Assembly: GCF_009914755.1 (NCBI RefSeq)
Contig: NC_060930.1
DNA length: 64,000 nucleotides
Source of the DNA: the human T2T-CHM13v2.0 reference genome, Homo sapiens
Direction: 5' to 3' (one strand)
Shown here: positions 46,141 to 61,520 of the stretch, piece after piece
Position numbering within the stretch: the stretch's first letter is position 1
How the letters are laid out: every line of letters starts with the position of its first letter
Translations under genes and position numbers: made by a program
The notes under the pieces: model-generated
What the model saw: the letters and a program-made list of their open reading frames with translations, nothing else
What the model was told of the DNA's origin: nothing
Database searches by the model: none

Positions 46141-46817
46141 ATAAGTAAATCTCTCACTGCATTGCTCAGTGATTCTTTTTCTTTGACTTAAAGGACATAC
46201 TCTTTTACCCTGCTCATATTATGTTTCTGGTTTTTTTCCTTCTGGGATTTTCCTCTCACCCCATTGTGTTGTTTCTGCCCGTGTTCCTTTTTCCTCCACT
46301 GAGGAGATGATCCCTGAATTACTTTATTGAGGATGACTCACAATCAGGGAGCAACAAGTCGCCAATAAAGTTGACAGTGCTTCTTAGGGACCCCATTTGT
46401 GGCAATAAAATTTGCAACTAGGCAAGAGAAATTTCAATTTGCAATACAGTGTTTTTAATTGTTCAGATACGTCTTTAAAATACAGTATGGCAAGTTAAAG
46501 TCACTTACGAACTGCTGAGATTTTTCTTACCAAAAAAGGTGCTGCCTAGAAAGAACTTTTCAGCAGTGATGCTCAGTTGTTGGCTCAAACATTTGCAGTC
46601 TGAAATGATGAAACTGTGCTTGACACATAGTACAGAGGGACATGTTTCTTCCATATCTTGATTGGGAGAACCTTTGAACTAGAAGTGGCACTACCCAGGT
46701 TGGTGAATTGAGTAGATCCTTTAGGTACTGGTGCATTTTAGCCCTGGATCCACCTTTTATGTGCTACATAATAGAAATGAAATGAAAACTATTTAACTTT
46801 CCCTTGCTGCCTCCACT

Positions 46818-46938
46818 TTTTTTTGTTTGTTTGTTTCTGAGACAGAGTCTCACTCTGTCACCCAGGCTGGAGTGCGGTGGCACAATCACAGCTCATTGCA
46901 GCCTCAACTGCCTGGCTCAGACAATCCTCCTCCCCGGC
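46818..46938 (-). mobile_element. AluJ 3' fragment
   Basis: caatcacagctcattgcagcctcaac; truncated by next Alu. Confidence 0.8.
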
Positions 46939-47233
<295 letters not shown>

Positions 47234-47897
47234 TTTTTTTTTTTTTTTTTTTTTTGATTCTAAAGGCACACATATTAGAAATTAGAATCTTATGCTGGAT
47301 AGACATCTCTCCCCTTTTTCCTGTTTGCCCAGTTTTCAAAGGTTAGGGGGAAAACAGTCTCCAGAGTTTTTATGCTTTCTCAATTTGTAACATGTGGTGG
47401 GATAGCATATAATATGTCATTTATATATTTCTGTTTCTTGCCTATATTTGCATTTCTTATTTTCTTCCTGTTCTGTCTTGGTATTTCCCTCCATCTCCTA
47501 CTCTATCCCTAAATCCTTTCCAGGGTGCAAGTCAATAAATATCTGAAATTATTGCCTATTTCTGATGTCTTTCATTTTGTGTCATGCTTTATAAGTTCAA
47601 AATTCTGTAACAGTGACCATCACTTGTTACTCTTGAACATATCAGTTATTTCCAAAGTATTCTTTGTTATTGGATAGTCAGTGAATGTCTGGGGCTGAAT
47701 GAAGATATTCTGGGTAGAATATGCAGTACTTTATACCTAAAAGTGAATTGTAGGAACACTGAATTACTAACTAGATGAATAGCATAGCAAACCATCCGCT
47801 GAAACCTAACAAAAGTAGCTCATTTGGGGAGTGAGTTTTGGAGAGTCACTCTGCCTCTGTTCTGTAGATTGTGGCAAATAAACATGATATAGTATAC

Positions 47898-47900
<3 letters not shown>

Positions 47901-47936
<36 letters not shown>
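47901..47936. repeat. (GT)18 microsatellite
   Basis: Seen directly. Confidence 0.95.
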
Positions 47937-47938
<2 letters not shown>

Positions 47939-48099
47939 GTGTAATACTATCTATTTGAAATGACAATGTAAAATGAGCAGGAGACCTTTTAAGACCAACA
48001 AGGAGCTTCCTTTATCACTACTGATTCTCGTGTCGAAATAGAGCTTAGAGAATCTATGATGAAAACACTGTGACCCAAGTTCACACTCTAAGGTCAAAC

Positions 48100-48185
48100 T
48101 TCCAAAGTTCAGCCCTTGTCCTTGTGAATCACTTAACCTTTCTGTACCTTCGTTGCCTCGTCTGTACAATGGGAATGCTGCATAG
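48100..48185 (+). mobile_element. MIR fragment
   Basis: tcacttaacctttctgtacctc...tctgtacaatgggaat. Confidence 0.55.
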
Positions 48186-48448
48186 GGCAATTGTAAATTC
48201 TCCACTCTGAATGCCATCCGGGTAAGTCCCACCTGACTGAACTTGTCGATCTTAGAGCTGACCTGTCCCACTGGAGGAAGACCTCAGAGACCATTCCCCA
48301 TACAAAATTTGGCCTTGCCATCGTCTGTCTTGGGCAAGTCGTTTTAACCTCTCTGACTTCAGTGACTTCTTGTGAAATGAGATGATGGTGCTATGTGATC
48401 TTTTCCCTTAAACCTCAAGCCAAACAATAGGTCCAGGCATAAGTCCTG

Positions 48449-48708
48449 CTTTTTTTTTTTTTTTTGAGACGGAGTCTTGTCCTGTTGCCCAGGCTGGAGT
48501 GCAGTGGCCTGATCTCGGCTCACTGCAACCTCCTAAGTAGCTGGGATTACAGGCGCCCGCCACCACGCCTGGCTAATTTTTTTTGTATCTTTAGTAGAGA
48601 CAAGTTTCACCATGTTGGCCAGGCTGGTCTCGAACTCCTGACCTCGTGATCCATCGCCTTGGCCTCCCAAAGTGCTGGGATTACAGGTGTGAGACACTGT
48701 GCCTGGCC
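48449..48708 (-). mobile_element. AluSg-like with ~35-nt internal deletion
   Basis: caacctcc|taagtagctggg junction; TSD taagtcctgcttt. Confidence 0.9.
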
Positions 48709-48951
48709 GTAAGTCCTGCTTTCTACATGAATAGCCCTGTTGAACGAGTGAGAGCGAGGGACAGGGACACATTGGGCATCTGCACTGTGTGGGGTGTTAC
48801 CTCATTGGCTTTCGCACTGCTACCAACTAGACAGGGATGGGCAATACACTGACTTCTTTGATTCCAGTCACCTTCATCCTTCTTATATCCTATCTAAGTG
48901 ATTTACTTGCCAAAAGCAGAGGACATTTCTGGAAGAAAAATAATCCATTGT

Positions 48952-49030
48952 GGCTGGGCGCGAGCCGAGATCGCGCCACTGCACTCCAGCCCGGGCAACA
49001 GAGCGAGACTCCGTCTCAAAAAAAAAAAAA
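48952..49030 (+). mobile_element. Mini-Alu (5' 11 nt fused to 3' ~56 nt + tail)
   Basis: ggctgggcgcg|agccgagatcgcgccactgcac...; TSD aatccattgt 48942-48951 and 49031-49040. Confidence 0.9.
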
Positions 49031-49333
49031 AATCCATTGTAACATAAAAATAAAAACAACACCCAAGAGGGCTATATGTGCTTGTTTTCCAGCAGGAAAA
49101 CCTCGCTGCCTTCCCTGCTCATTCTCTCTCCAGTCCTTGAACCTTTTCTTTCCTTAAGACTTTTCCCCAGGTCGGACTTAATGATGGACTCCAGCGTTGG
49201 CATGGTTTTGGTTGGGTCTGCATACTCCGGTAAGGCAGAGAACAATGCTCAATCTGTCCTGGCTTCCTGAGGCTGAAGGGCAACCCTCTAGTAGTGCACC
49301 TTGTGTCTGAGCTGTTTGTTGAGCTATACTTAA

Positions 49334-49645
<312 letters not shown>

Positions 49646-49938
49646 GCTATACTTAATTTTTAAGGAAAGTAATTGTTCATAAACACACAGAAAAGAGCAA
49701 AAAAATCTATTTCTTTTCTACCAAGTGGGTCTTGATGTTTCCATTCACATCTTTCTCATGCAATACCTAACTTGCCAGTAACGAGATAAAGAGCTTCAGT
49801 GGGGAGGGAGGAGATTTCCTCAATCCACCTACATTTGATCAGATTTTCTAACTTAAAGAATTGAAAAACTCTATTGTGGTTTTTCAGAAGAAATTACGAT
49901 GATATAATTTATGTTCAGAATATTTTTTGAATCAATTC

Positions 49939-50234
49939 TTTTTTTTTTTTTTGAGACAGAGTCTTGCTCTGTCACCCAGGCTGGAGTACAACAGCGCTAT
50001 CTCGGCTCACTGCAGCCTCCACCTCCTGGGTTCAAGTGAGTCTCCCGCCTAAGCCTTCTGAGTAACTGGGATTACAAGCACCCGCCATCATGCCTGGCCA
50101 ATTTTTGTATTTTTAGTAGAGACAAGGTTTCTCCATGTTGGCCAGGCAGGTCTGGAACTCCTGACCTCAAGTGACCCACCCGCCTCAACCTCCCAAAGTG
50201 CTGGGATTACAGGCGTGAGCCACCACACCCGGCC
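49939..50234 (-). mobile_element. AluSx
   Basis: Full dimer; TSD ttgaatca(a/g)ttcttt. Confidence 0.95.
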
Positions 50235-51283
50235 TTGAATCAGTTCTTTATCTGAGTGCTAGATTCCCTTTGAAAAAGAAGATTCTGTTTTTTTCTCATT
50301 TTTTTTCTGTAGCATCTTAGAACTGCAGCATGTGCAGAGTTGATGCTCAAGACATAATTAATGGGTTAATGGATAAATGAACATCTCCCTAAACCTTGTC
50401 CTCCCCTCTATTTTATTATACTCTTGGCCAGTGCCATTGTTCTTGAGAATCTCTGCTAAAGCCAAGTGACTTGGTTTGCGATCTCTTGCACACAATGTAT
50501 TAGTTTTCAGTTTTTACTTTGCACAAAGTATTCTCTCTCTCCAGGTTGCCCTCCTTCCCCCATTTAGTGTTTCACATTTGTAATCATTGACAAAATCTAA
50601 CCCCATACTCAAACCTTCTTGTAGTCCTCAGCTTGTGGCCCTGTCCACCTCGAGCTCCTCCTCACTCGGCAGCTCTCCATTTTCACCTTAGTCATCAGCA
50701 GACACTAGACTGACTTGCTGTGTTTGGAGCACCCAGAAGCTGAGGTTTTATCCTTGGAAACGGAGGATCTTTACTGTGATGGAGGATTTGGGAGTGTAAA
50801 ATTTGAGTGTGTGGTGGAAGGGACAGTTCATCTTCTGGGACAGAACACCCGGGGCAGACAGATCCCGGAAAGCTGGGGCGGTGCTGGTGGCAGTCCCGAC
50901 ACTGTGCCTGCATTGATGGGTTCACATGTACCTGAGATGAAGCGTCTTTCAAGGATGACTCTTTCACAGGCCTTCTCCTTTCTCTGACACTAGTCATTAA
51001 GAGATTAGATTTCTTGAAATATCAGCAGTTGTTGGCCCCCTTGCTGAATAAAGCTTGGTAGCCTAAGGAGGAAGGGATTTCTGAATAGATTTTCAGCCCT
51101 GAAAAAATGCTGAGTTTTAAAAATAAACATTCATGGTGTAATGTACTCTTTTACCTCCTGCGAACGGGCATATGCTTTTCAAAAATGTAGTTACAGTCAA
51201 GGGCATTTAGAGGTGTTTGTAAAGAGGAGGGGGAGAGAGAGAAAGAAAGAGGGAAAAAAAGATTCTTTTGTTTCTCCTCCTAG

Positions 51284-51692
<409 letters not shown>

Positions 51693-51694
51693 AG

Positions 51695-51993
51695 TTTTTT
51701 GTTGTTGTTGTTTTGAGACAGAGTCTTGCCCTGTTGCCCAGGCTGGAGTGCAGTGGTGCAATCTCAGCTCACTGCAACCTCATCTCCTGGGTTCAAGCGA
51801 TTCTCCTGCCTCAGCCTCCCGAGTGGCTGGGATTATACGCACGTGCCACCATGCCTGGCTGATTTTTGTGTTTTTAGCAGAGACGGGGTTTCACCATATT
51901 GGCCAGGCTGGTCTCAAACTCCTAACTTCGTGGTCTGCCTGCCTCGGCCTCCCAAAGTGCTGAGATTACAGGTGTGAGCCACTGTGCCCGGCC
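51695..51993 (-). mobile_element. AluSg-like, tandem with previous
   Basis: Full dimer. Confidence 0.95.
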
Positions 51994-53079
51994 AGTTTTT
52001 GTTTTTTAAACCAATGTTTATACAAGAAGAGTTTGGAACTTATTCATGAATAAAGTCATTCTTTGGCCTGTTGTGTAGCAACAAGGAGTGCTGGATTTTA
52101 TGGAAGATGGCTTGTGGTACTGAAGTATCAGGAGAAGGAATGAATAAGGGTGAAGATTCAAACTGGTAGTAACATCTAGAAGCAAACTAGGAGAAAATTA
52201 TTTCACGAAGGGAAGGATGTGACTATTGATGGGAAGGCTGTAGCCACCAATCTGAGAATACTTTAAAACAAAAACAGAGATAGAGCCTGGCATGAGCAGT
52301 TTAGGATCAAAATGAACAGTAGGCCCTAGAAATTTGTAACATTGATGTTATCTTCTCTATGAATCGTTGGTGGGGTTAAGAAATAATTTTCATCAGCGTC
52401 TTGACTTGTCTGGCCAATTAAGCAAACGTGTGTCTGCAGTGTAAGCCTGTTAAGTGGAAAAGGTTGGGCCTACTGGGTATAATTGTAATTGAGAACAGCC
52501 CATCATCTCTCTTTTAATTTTATGAAAATAAATGCATATTCTAAGTAGAATAAAATCATGGTTAAGAAAAGAAAAATGTTACATCTGTATCAGTATGTGG
52601 ATTTCATAGGATTTTTTTCCTTCTTCTGTGGGACCTGAGACTCATTTGAAGTAACCTTGGCAGAAAGACCTTAGTTAGTCAGACTCTAAAGGATATTTTG
52701 AGCTGGAATATAAAAAGCACATGTAATAATTAATGTAACAGCAGCTAAAAGTGCCTGAGGTCAGTAGTTGCTACATCTATATTGCATGTAAACAAAGTGT
52801 TAGCCAAAATTACTTTCAGAGAGCCCTAATTACGTCTGTTTTAATTTAATTTAGTTTGATTTAATGATACTTTTTATATGAATTTGCTTCATGGTTACTC
52901 TGTTGAATTTCCTTTCCCTGAGAAGAACCCATAAGAGATTTTTTTCCCCCAAATGATTTAGTTTGGTGACTTTGGATACAGCCAAAGCATTGTATCTTAC
53001 GGCATAGCATCTTCAAGTGGAAGAATGTACCAGATATAAAGTCAGTAATTTAAGATGAATTAAAATTTTGTTTAGTTTT

Positions 53080-53710
<631 letters not shown>

Positions 53711-53879
53711 CGTAAGCTTAAATTTAATAGTTTTTCACAATGTATTTAATGGAAGCTATATCATAAGAAGTGGTGTAGAAAAAAGAGTGGTCCTGTTTCA
53801 AAGAAGAAAGAAGGTAACATTCATTGTTATTTTGAAATGGCTAAAGTTGAAAATGTTTTTTATTGATCTATTTGCTAGT

Positions 53880-54790
53880 TAGAATTTTAATTGTGATAAT
53901 TGTAGATTTACATCAGCTGAAGAAACAATGTAGCTTTACCTGGTCTCCCCTAGTGATAACATTTAGCAAAACTGTAGTACAATATCATAACTAGGATTGA
54001 TATTGATGTAATCTACCAATCTTACTCAGATTTCCATAGTTTTACCTGTACTCATTTGCGTGTGTGTGTGTGTGTGTGTGTATACTCAGTTGTGTGCAGT
54101 TTTATCACATATATAGGTTTGTATATCTACCACTACAGTAAAGATGCTGAACTGTTACAGCATGGATCCCTCCTATTGTTTTTTTGTAGCTGTACCCAGT
54201 TTCTTCTCACCAGTCTCCTATCCTTATCCCTTGGAAACTACTTATTGGGTCTCCATTTCTAATAAACTTCATATATGTAAATAGAATCATATAGTTCATA
54301 ATCTTTTGGAATTGGCTTTTTTCTTTCTTTTTTTTTTTTTTCGATGGGGTCTCGCTCTATCACCCAGGCTGGTGTTCAGTGGCGCTTTCTCAGCTCACTG
54401 CAACTTCGGCCCTGCCCCAGGCTCAAGCCATTCTCCTGCCTCAGCTTCCTGAGTAGCTGGGACTATGGGCACCCATCACCACACCTGGCTAATTTTTTTT
54501 TGTATTTCTAGTAAAGATGGGGTTTTGCCATGATGGCCAGGCTGGTCTCAAACTCCTGACCTCAGATGATCCACCCACCTCGGCCTTCCAAAATGTTAGG
54601 ATTACAGGCGTGAGCCACCCCACCCAGCCTATTTTTTATTTTAACCATTCTGATAGATGTGAAGGAGTATCTTATTGTAGCTTTAATTTGTGTTTCCCTG
54701 AGAGCTAATGATGTCGAACATCTTTTCTTGGCCATCCATATATCATCTTTGGTGAAGTGGCTGTTCATGTCTTTTCCCCATTTTCTAATT
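53880..54790 (-). mobile_element. L1MC-type fossil interrupted by Alu
   Basis: aaaactgtagtacaatatcataactaggattgatattgat...; ttttaaccattctgatagatgtgaaggagtatcttattgtagctttaatttg. Confidence 0.7.
54317..54629 (-). mobile_element. AluS
   Basis: Full dimer. Confidence 0.9.
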
Positions 54791-54815
54791 GAAGTTTTAA
54801 AAATCTATGTTTAAA

Positions 54816-55230
<415 letters not shown>

Positions 55231-55425
55231 CTATTAGATAAATAAATTGAGCCAATTGATGGGTGTAGGTAGATGCTCTGCAACAAATGGGTAAAAAGAG
55301 GAACTGTCAACTTTTTGTCGATCCCACAGTTGTCTTGTCAATAGCTTGGGCTTCCAGTTGTTCCCGCTTACCCAGGTTCTGTGCTCTTCCTCTCTTCTGC
55401 CCTAGACCTTCGATTCTTTCCATTC

Positions 55426-55733
55426 CTTTTCTTTTTCTTTTTTTATTTTCCAAGACGGAGTTTCACTTTTGTTGCCCGGCATGAAGTACAGTGGTGCGAT
55501 CTTGGCTCACTGCAACCTCCGCCTCCTGGGTTCAGGTGATTCTCCTTCTTCAGCCTCACGAGTAGCTGGGATTACAGGCGTGCACCGCCATACCCAGCTA
55601 ATTTTTACATCTTTAATAGAGACGGGTTTTCACCATGTTGGTCAGGCTGGTCTTGAACTCCTGATCTCAGGTGATCCACCTGCCCCAGCCTCCCAAAGTG
55701 CTGGGATTACAGGCATGAGCCGCTGCACCCGGC
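55426..55733 (-). mobile_element. AluSq/Sx
   Basis: Full dimer; TSD tccattcctttt. Confidence 0.95.
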
Positions 55734-56099
55734 TCCATTCCTTTTCTCTGCGACAAACCTGCGTGGTGATAGGTCCACTCCCTTGACTAGTTTAATTCTG
55801 AAGCTTATTGATGGATTCCTCAAACAGATCTTGTGGACCAAATTATTCTATTTTTCTGTAGAGCCTGGCGATTTGAGATAATCTATCTGCACAGTTTTGT
55901 AGTGTTTGCTTCCATCACTCAAGAGTAAGACAATATGTCAGAGTTATCTTGATGGAGGGATAAGAGAGAGATAGTTTGGAGACAGAGCAGAAAACCTTTC
56001 TAGTGTACTTGGTAATGAGTTTACTGCAGACTGACATATAGGGGACATCAGGGCATTTGCTTAGATGATGCATTTCTGTCCAAGTAATAGGGTGCACAG

Positions 56100-56330
56100 G
56101 AGCCCAAGGCTTAAAGACAAAATAACCTGTATTTGTGTCCTTGTTCTGCCCTTACTTAGTGACACTGGGCAGATTACCTAACCTCTCTGAGCCTCCACTT
56201 AATTAAAATGTAGTGATACTTCCCATACTACCCACCACAGTGGGTTACTGCAAAGATCAAATGGGATAATGTAATGCACTTGTCAGTGATAAAGCTCTAT
56301 ACAAATGTAGAGAGTATGTTTGTAATAATT
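56100..56330 (+). mobile_element. MIR
   Basis: cactgggcagattacctaacctctctgagcctc...gatcaaatgggataatgtaatgcac. Confidence 0.8.
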
Positions 56331-56440
56331 ATATTCCTCCTCTCCACAAAAGCAAACACAACCTGGAAGAGAAACAGGCATTTTCATAGAATGAGGTCAA
56401 ATGATCACTATAAGTTTCTTGAAGGAGAGGAAAACCCTGA

Positions 56441-56782
<342 letters not shown>

Positions 56783-57699
56783 ACATTATTGTTTTCTTAG
56801 ATGTGATTTTAATTTTGTTTGCTAGGCGATAAACTGCTGAAATAATTAACCAGCAATAATTGCTCTTCAGTTAGGCTCTAATATGACCACTGAGCAGAGC
56901 ATCTAAGAGACTTAAAATTGAGTTACTTTAGGTGTATACCATTCTTACCCATTTAAATTGTAGTTTTAAAGGTGGGTTATGAGTTGGCTTGCCAGTCAAA
57001 GCCTTGCTTGGGGTTGTATTTCTCTGTACTTTCATCTTTAATCATCAGCTAGATTAGTCTTCTGGTTGAGTATAGAAGCCAGAGAGACCTAGGTTTATAC
57101 AAGGAGTGCTATTAACTGTGTGTGACCTTGGACCAAAGATTAGATCCCTCTATCAGTAATATGAATTCAAGTGAAATTGTTAATTTACCACCTACACTGT
57201 CAAATTATTTGGATATCTGCCTTTAAGTAGTAATGTTACAATATATAGTACACACAAGAGAATTGGTATCCTTGTCTGTAAATTGAGAAGTTCACAGAAA
57301 AGGTTGATGAAGGTCTGATCAGGGGCGAAATTGTTTTGTTCTAAAATATATCATTGGTAGCAAGCAGTTTAGGTTTGGATGAAACCAAAAGCCAGTTCGC
57401 ATGTGTGTAGTTCTATACCCCAGGTCTTAGTTTGGGCAATGTACTTTTGTGACTTAGGATAATTATAAGGTCTCAAGGCTACTGTGAGGATCAGATGATA
57501 CTAACTGTATGAGAAAATGCTTTGGAAATTGTAATGTTCTGTGCAAACTTTGTTGTCAGTTGTATAGACCACAGTGGAGGAGGTGGTGGTAGTAGAAAGG
57601 AAAGGATGTGTTTGTCAAGCTTGAAAACTTGTGTTTAGGAATATTTTCAGCTAGTTACTGGGCAGTGCTTGTAAAAAAAATTCTTAAAAATTTCCTTCT

Positions 57700-58003
<304 letters not shown>

Positions 58004-59154
58004 ATTCCTTCTAGACTGCATGGATCTCACACTACTCCACTCTTGGAACACACAGCCATGAATTGAATCACTGTCTACTTTACATTTTAGCAATTCAGTT
58101 TTATATGGTGACATTTACAAAATTGTCCCTTAAATCTGGGAGAGCCAATGCAATGACTTCAGATAGCACAATGGGGAGAATCTTAATGGAAACCCAGCCA
58201 ATGATTAGATTAGGTGACAGGAAGGGGGTCAAATGGATTAGGGGAAAATGAGGAAGGAAGTGAGTTGAGTCATTATGCTTTTACTTACAGTATATTTTTA
58301 CAATTGATTCTGTGGGTAGTATGTTGTTTAATTCATTACAGCTTTCAAGGACCAATTTTAGATTAAAAGCATGAATGATTGAAGCTCTAACCAAACTCTA
58401 ATCCTAGATACTAGAAACCGATGACTTTTTAATGTCTTTTAATCTGAAATAGATTATGGCTTTTCTGTAGCTTTGGACTGTTCAAATGTTTATTTCCTTT
58501 AAAATACCAACAGCTTACTTCACCCTCTTTGCAAACTTCTAAAGGGGTTGCTTCCTGCCGTTTAATATAGGATATTGACTTTCTAAAGAGTGTGCATGTT
58601 TTAAAGAGACTTACATTAGAAATTTGATGTCTGAAGCTTGTCACTCTTTTATTAAGAATTTAAACATTGTATCTGATTACAATTACAACGCATAACCTTT
58701 GTAAAACCTTATTACTTATGTTTATCTTACTTGCATCCAATGATATGTCAATTACTATATTCAGTCATTGCCCTGAAAAATAACTCCAAGGAATTTATTA
58801 AATGGTGCTTTTTCCTTGATTTCCACATTGCGCCCTTTGTGGCTGATTTCATGTAGCCCTTTACCTGGAAGTCAGGCTTGGGAGTGATCTTGGCCAGCTC
58901 TTGTGAGTGGGGCCAGGTGAAGGGTACATTCTTCTTTCTTTCCCTCTGCGTGCTTGGCGGCTTCTGGAGCAGGTTAGCCTCACAAGTTTCTTTTGTTCTT
59001 GCTCTAAAATTTGTGGATGTTCATTAATTCCCATGTGTTTAAGCAGCCTGCAGCTTTTTCTACTGACCCATGCGTGGTGGCCACTTTGAGAGGGAAGTTA
59101 ATATTATTCTCATTTTTTGATTTAGTCTATAATTTGACTAAGTCTTCGGAGTAG

Positions 59155-59415
59155 ATTTCTCTGTCCACCCTATTTAAAATAGCAATATTGTCCCTCCAAT
59201 ACTTTGTCATTCTCTGTCCCTTTTACCCTGCCTTATTTTTCTTCGGAGCGCTTAAACGTATCTGATGTTATACTAAATATTTGTTTGCTGACTGGTTTAC
59301 TGTTGGCCGGTCTCCTAGAATGTAAACATTGTAGGCAACAACTTTGACTCTGTTCATTCAGAAGAGCGCTCGGCCTGGCAAATACACAAGTATTTGTTGG
59401 ATTAATTAATTAATT
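59155..59415 (+). mobile_element. L2a 3' end
   Basis: ccaccctatttaaaatagcaa...ccctgccttatttttcttc...ctagaatgtaaac...tatttgttggattaattaat. Confidence 0.8.
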
Positions 59416-60035
59416 AAATTTAATGCCATGAAACACACCAATCAAGGAGATAGATCCCCATCCCCCTAAGGTTAAGCTTATTCCAAATTCTAAGTTTGGT
59501 ATCTTTGAAACCTTGCTCCTTTCTCTCCGGCCTCAGTAACACTATCTTTTGTTGCATGAGAAAAAAAAAACTCCCAAAGAACATTATTTTGGGAGGAAGA
59601 GAGGCAAATGAATATGGGTGTCAGGTTATCAAGTAAATATTGGAACAATTTATAGCCTATGATTGGGAATGTTTATTTTGCTTAAATGTGTATTTGGTCT
59701 GACCTTGCAGTTAGAGTTACTCAGGAAGTTGCCTAAATGTTAATGAATGTTTATGATGTGGACTATAAGCTGAAAGCACTTAAAATATAAATATTTAAGC
59801 CATATGTTAAAAAATAACCAGAGCATTTGCAGCTATTTTGGATTGTGGAGGGAAATTGCCTGATTTATTGATAGAGCTGGGAATTTGGAGTCCTGGGTTC
59901 TAGTTCCATTCCTGCTTTTGGCAGCACTTCACAAAATGTCTATGTTTAATAAATGTTTAATGGGACAATATTAATCCTTTTAAAAATAATATCTTTGTAT
60001 CGCTTAGACTTTTTTTGTGCTCCAATTTCTCCAGC

Positions 60036-60334
60036 TTTTTTTTTTTTTTTTTGAGATGGAGTCTCACTGTGTCACCCAGGCTGGAGTGCAGTGGCAGGAT
60101 CTTGGCTTACTGCAAGCTCTACCTCCCGGGTTCAAGCAATTCTCTTGCCTCAGCTTCCTGAGTAGCTGGGATTGCAGGTGCATGTCACCACGCCCGGCTA
60201 ACTTTTGTATTTTTAGTAGAGACGGGATTTCACCATGTTGGCCAGGCTGGTCTCAAACCCCTGACCTCAAATGATCCACCCGCCTTGGCCTCCCAAAGTG
60301 CTGGGATTACAGGCATGAGCCACCTCTCCCGGCC
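60036..60334 (-). mobile_element. AluSx
   Basis: Full dimer; TSD cca(a/g)tttctcca(g/a)cttt. Confidence 0.95.
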
Positions 60335-60417
60335 CCAGTTTCTCCAACTTTATTGATATTTTGTTAGCTTGCTCCTCAGGGTTTTCTTTAAAAAAAAAAA
60401 AAAAGCCAGAAGTTTCC

Positions 60418-60420
<3 letters not shown>

Positions 60421-60470
<50 letters not shown>
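60421..60470. repeat. (GT)25 microsatellite
   Basis: Seen directly. Confidence 0.95.
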
Positions 60471-60472
<2 letters not shown>

Positions 60473-60964
60473 TTGCAGGGAGTTTGATTCCGTCTTCTCA
60501 TTAGTGCCGCATTAATACATTTTTCTGCCTCACATTTGTTTAAGCTTCACCTGAAAAAACAAAGTAATGTCGTACTTAAAATAGAGTATAACTGTACCTC
60601 ATGTAGTAAACGTAATTTATAAAGAACCGAACTAGATGAATTTTGATGGGGAAAAGGGAATGTTGTTTCCAATGAAGGTAACCAAAGATGAGAGCTTTGT
60701 TATCCCAAGCACAGAGGCTGGACCTGGATAAATCTTGAAAGCAAGCAACTAGGCACAAACCAGGTGCCTATCGAAAGAGGTCCCTTTACCACCATTAGTG
60801 TTATCAGGGCTTTTATGTCAAACTTCTGTCTGTACTGTGCTGGGTGAATTTTTAACTGAACAGGCTTTACAATTGGAGCAATGGGGCTAAAACCACTTCA
60901 GAATTCCAGAGGCCTGACTCAGCCCCACCTCTCAGTTGGCTCTTTCCATGCACTCATCTCTCTG

Positions 60965-61157
60965 CGGGGCTTTCTCGAGGTGTGGTCCTGGGACCACCGG
61001 CATCCGATCACTTGTGGCACTTGTTAAAGCTGCTAATTCCTGGTTTCGACGGTAGACCTGCTGAATCAGAAACTGTTGGGGAAGAGTCTTGAAATCTTCA
61101 TTTTTAACAAGCACCTATCAGGTGATTCTTAGGCACGTTAAAATTTGAGAGCCTGTG
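60965..61157 (+). mobile_element. MER5A
   Basis: ttctcgaggtgtggtcctgggaccaccggcatc...ctgaatcagaaact...ttttaacaagc...caggtgattct...tttgaga. Confidence 0.8.
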
Positions 61158-61200
61158 ATATATTCCCAGATTAGTACTGTCACATCTCTTAAGGTGGCAC

Positions 61201-61520
61201 TTTATTTTACTTTTATTTTTTAACTTTTATTTTTATTTATTTATTTATTTTTTTGAGACCGATCATACTCTGTCTCCAAGGCTGGAGTGCAGTGGCGCGA
61301 TCTTGGCTCACTGTATCCTGAGGCGATTCTCCTGCCTCAGCTCCTTGAGTAGCTCGAACTACAGGCAGGCGCCACCATGCCTGGCTAATTTTTGTATATT
61401 TAGAGAGACAGGGTTTCGCCATATTGGCCAAGCTTGTCTCAAACTACTGACCTCAGGTGATCTGCCTGCCTTGGCCTCCCAAAATGCTGGGATTACAGGT
61501 GTGAGCCGCTGCACCCAGCT
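61201..61520 (-). mobile_element. AluSz-like with small deletion
   Basis: Full dimer lacking part of right arm; TSD ggcactt(t/g)atttta. Confidence 0.9.
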
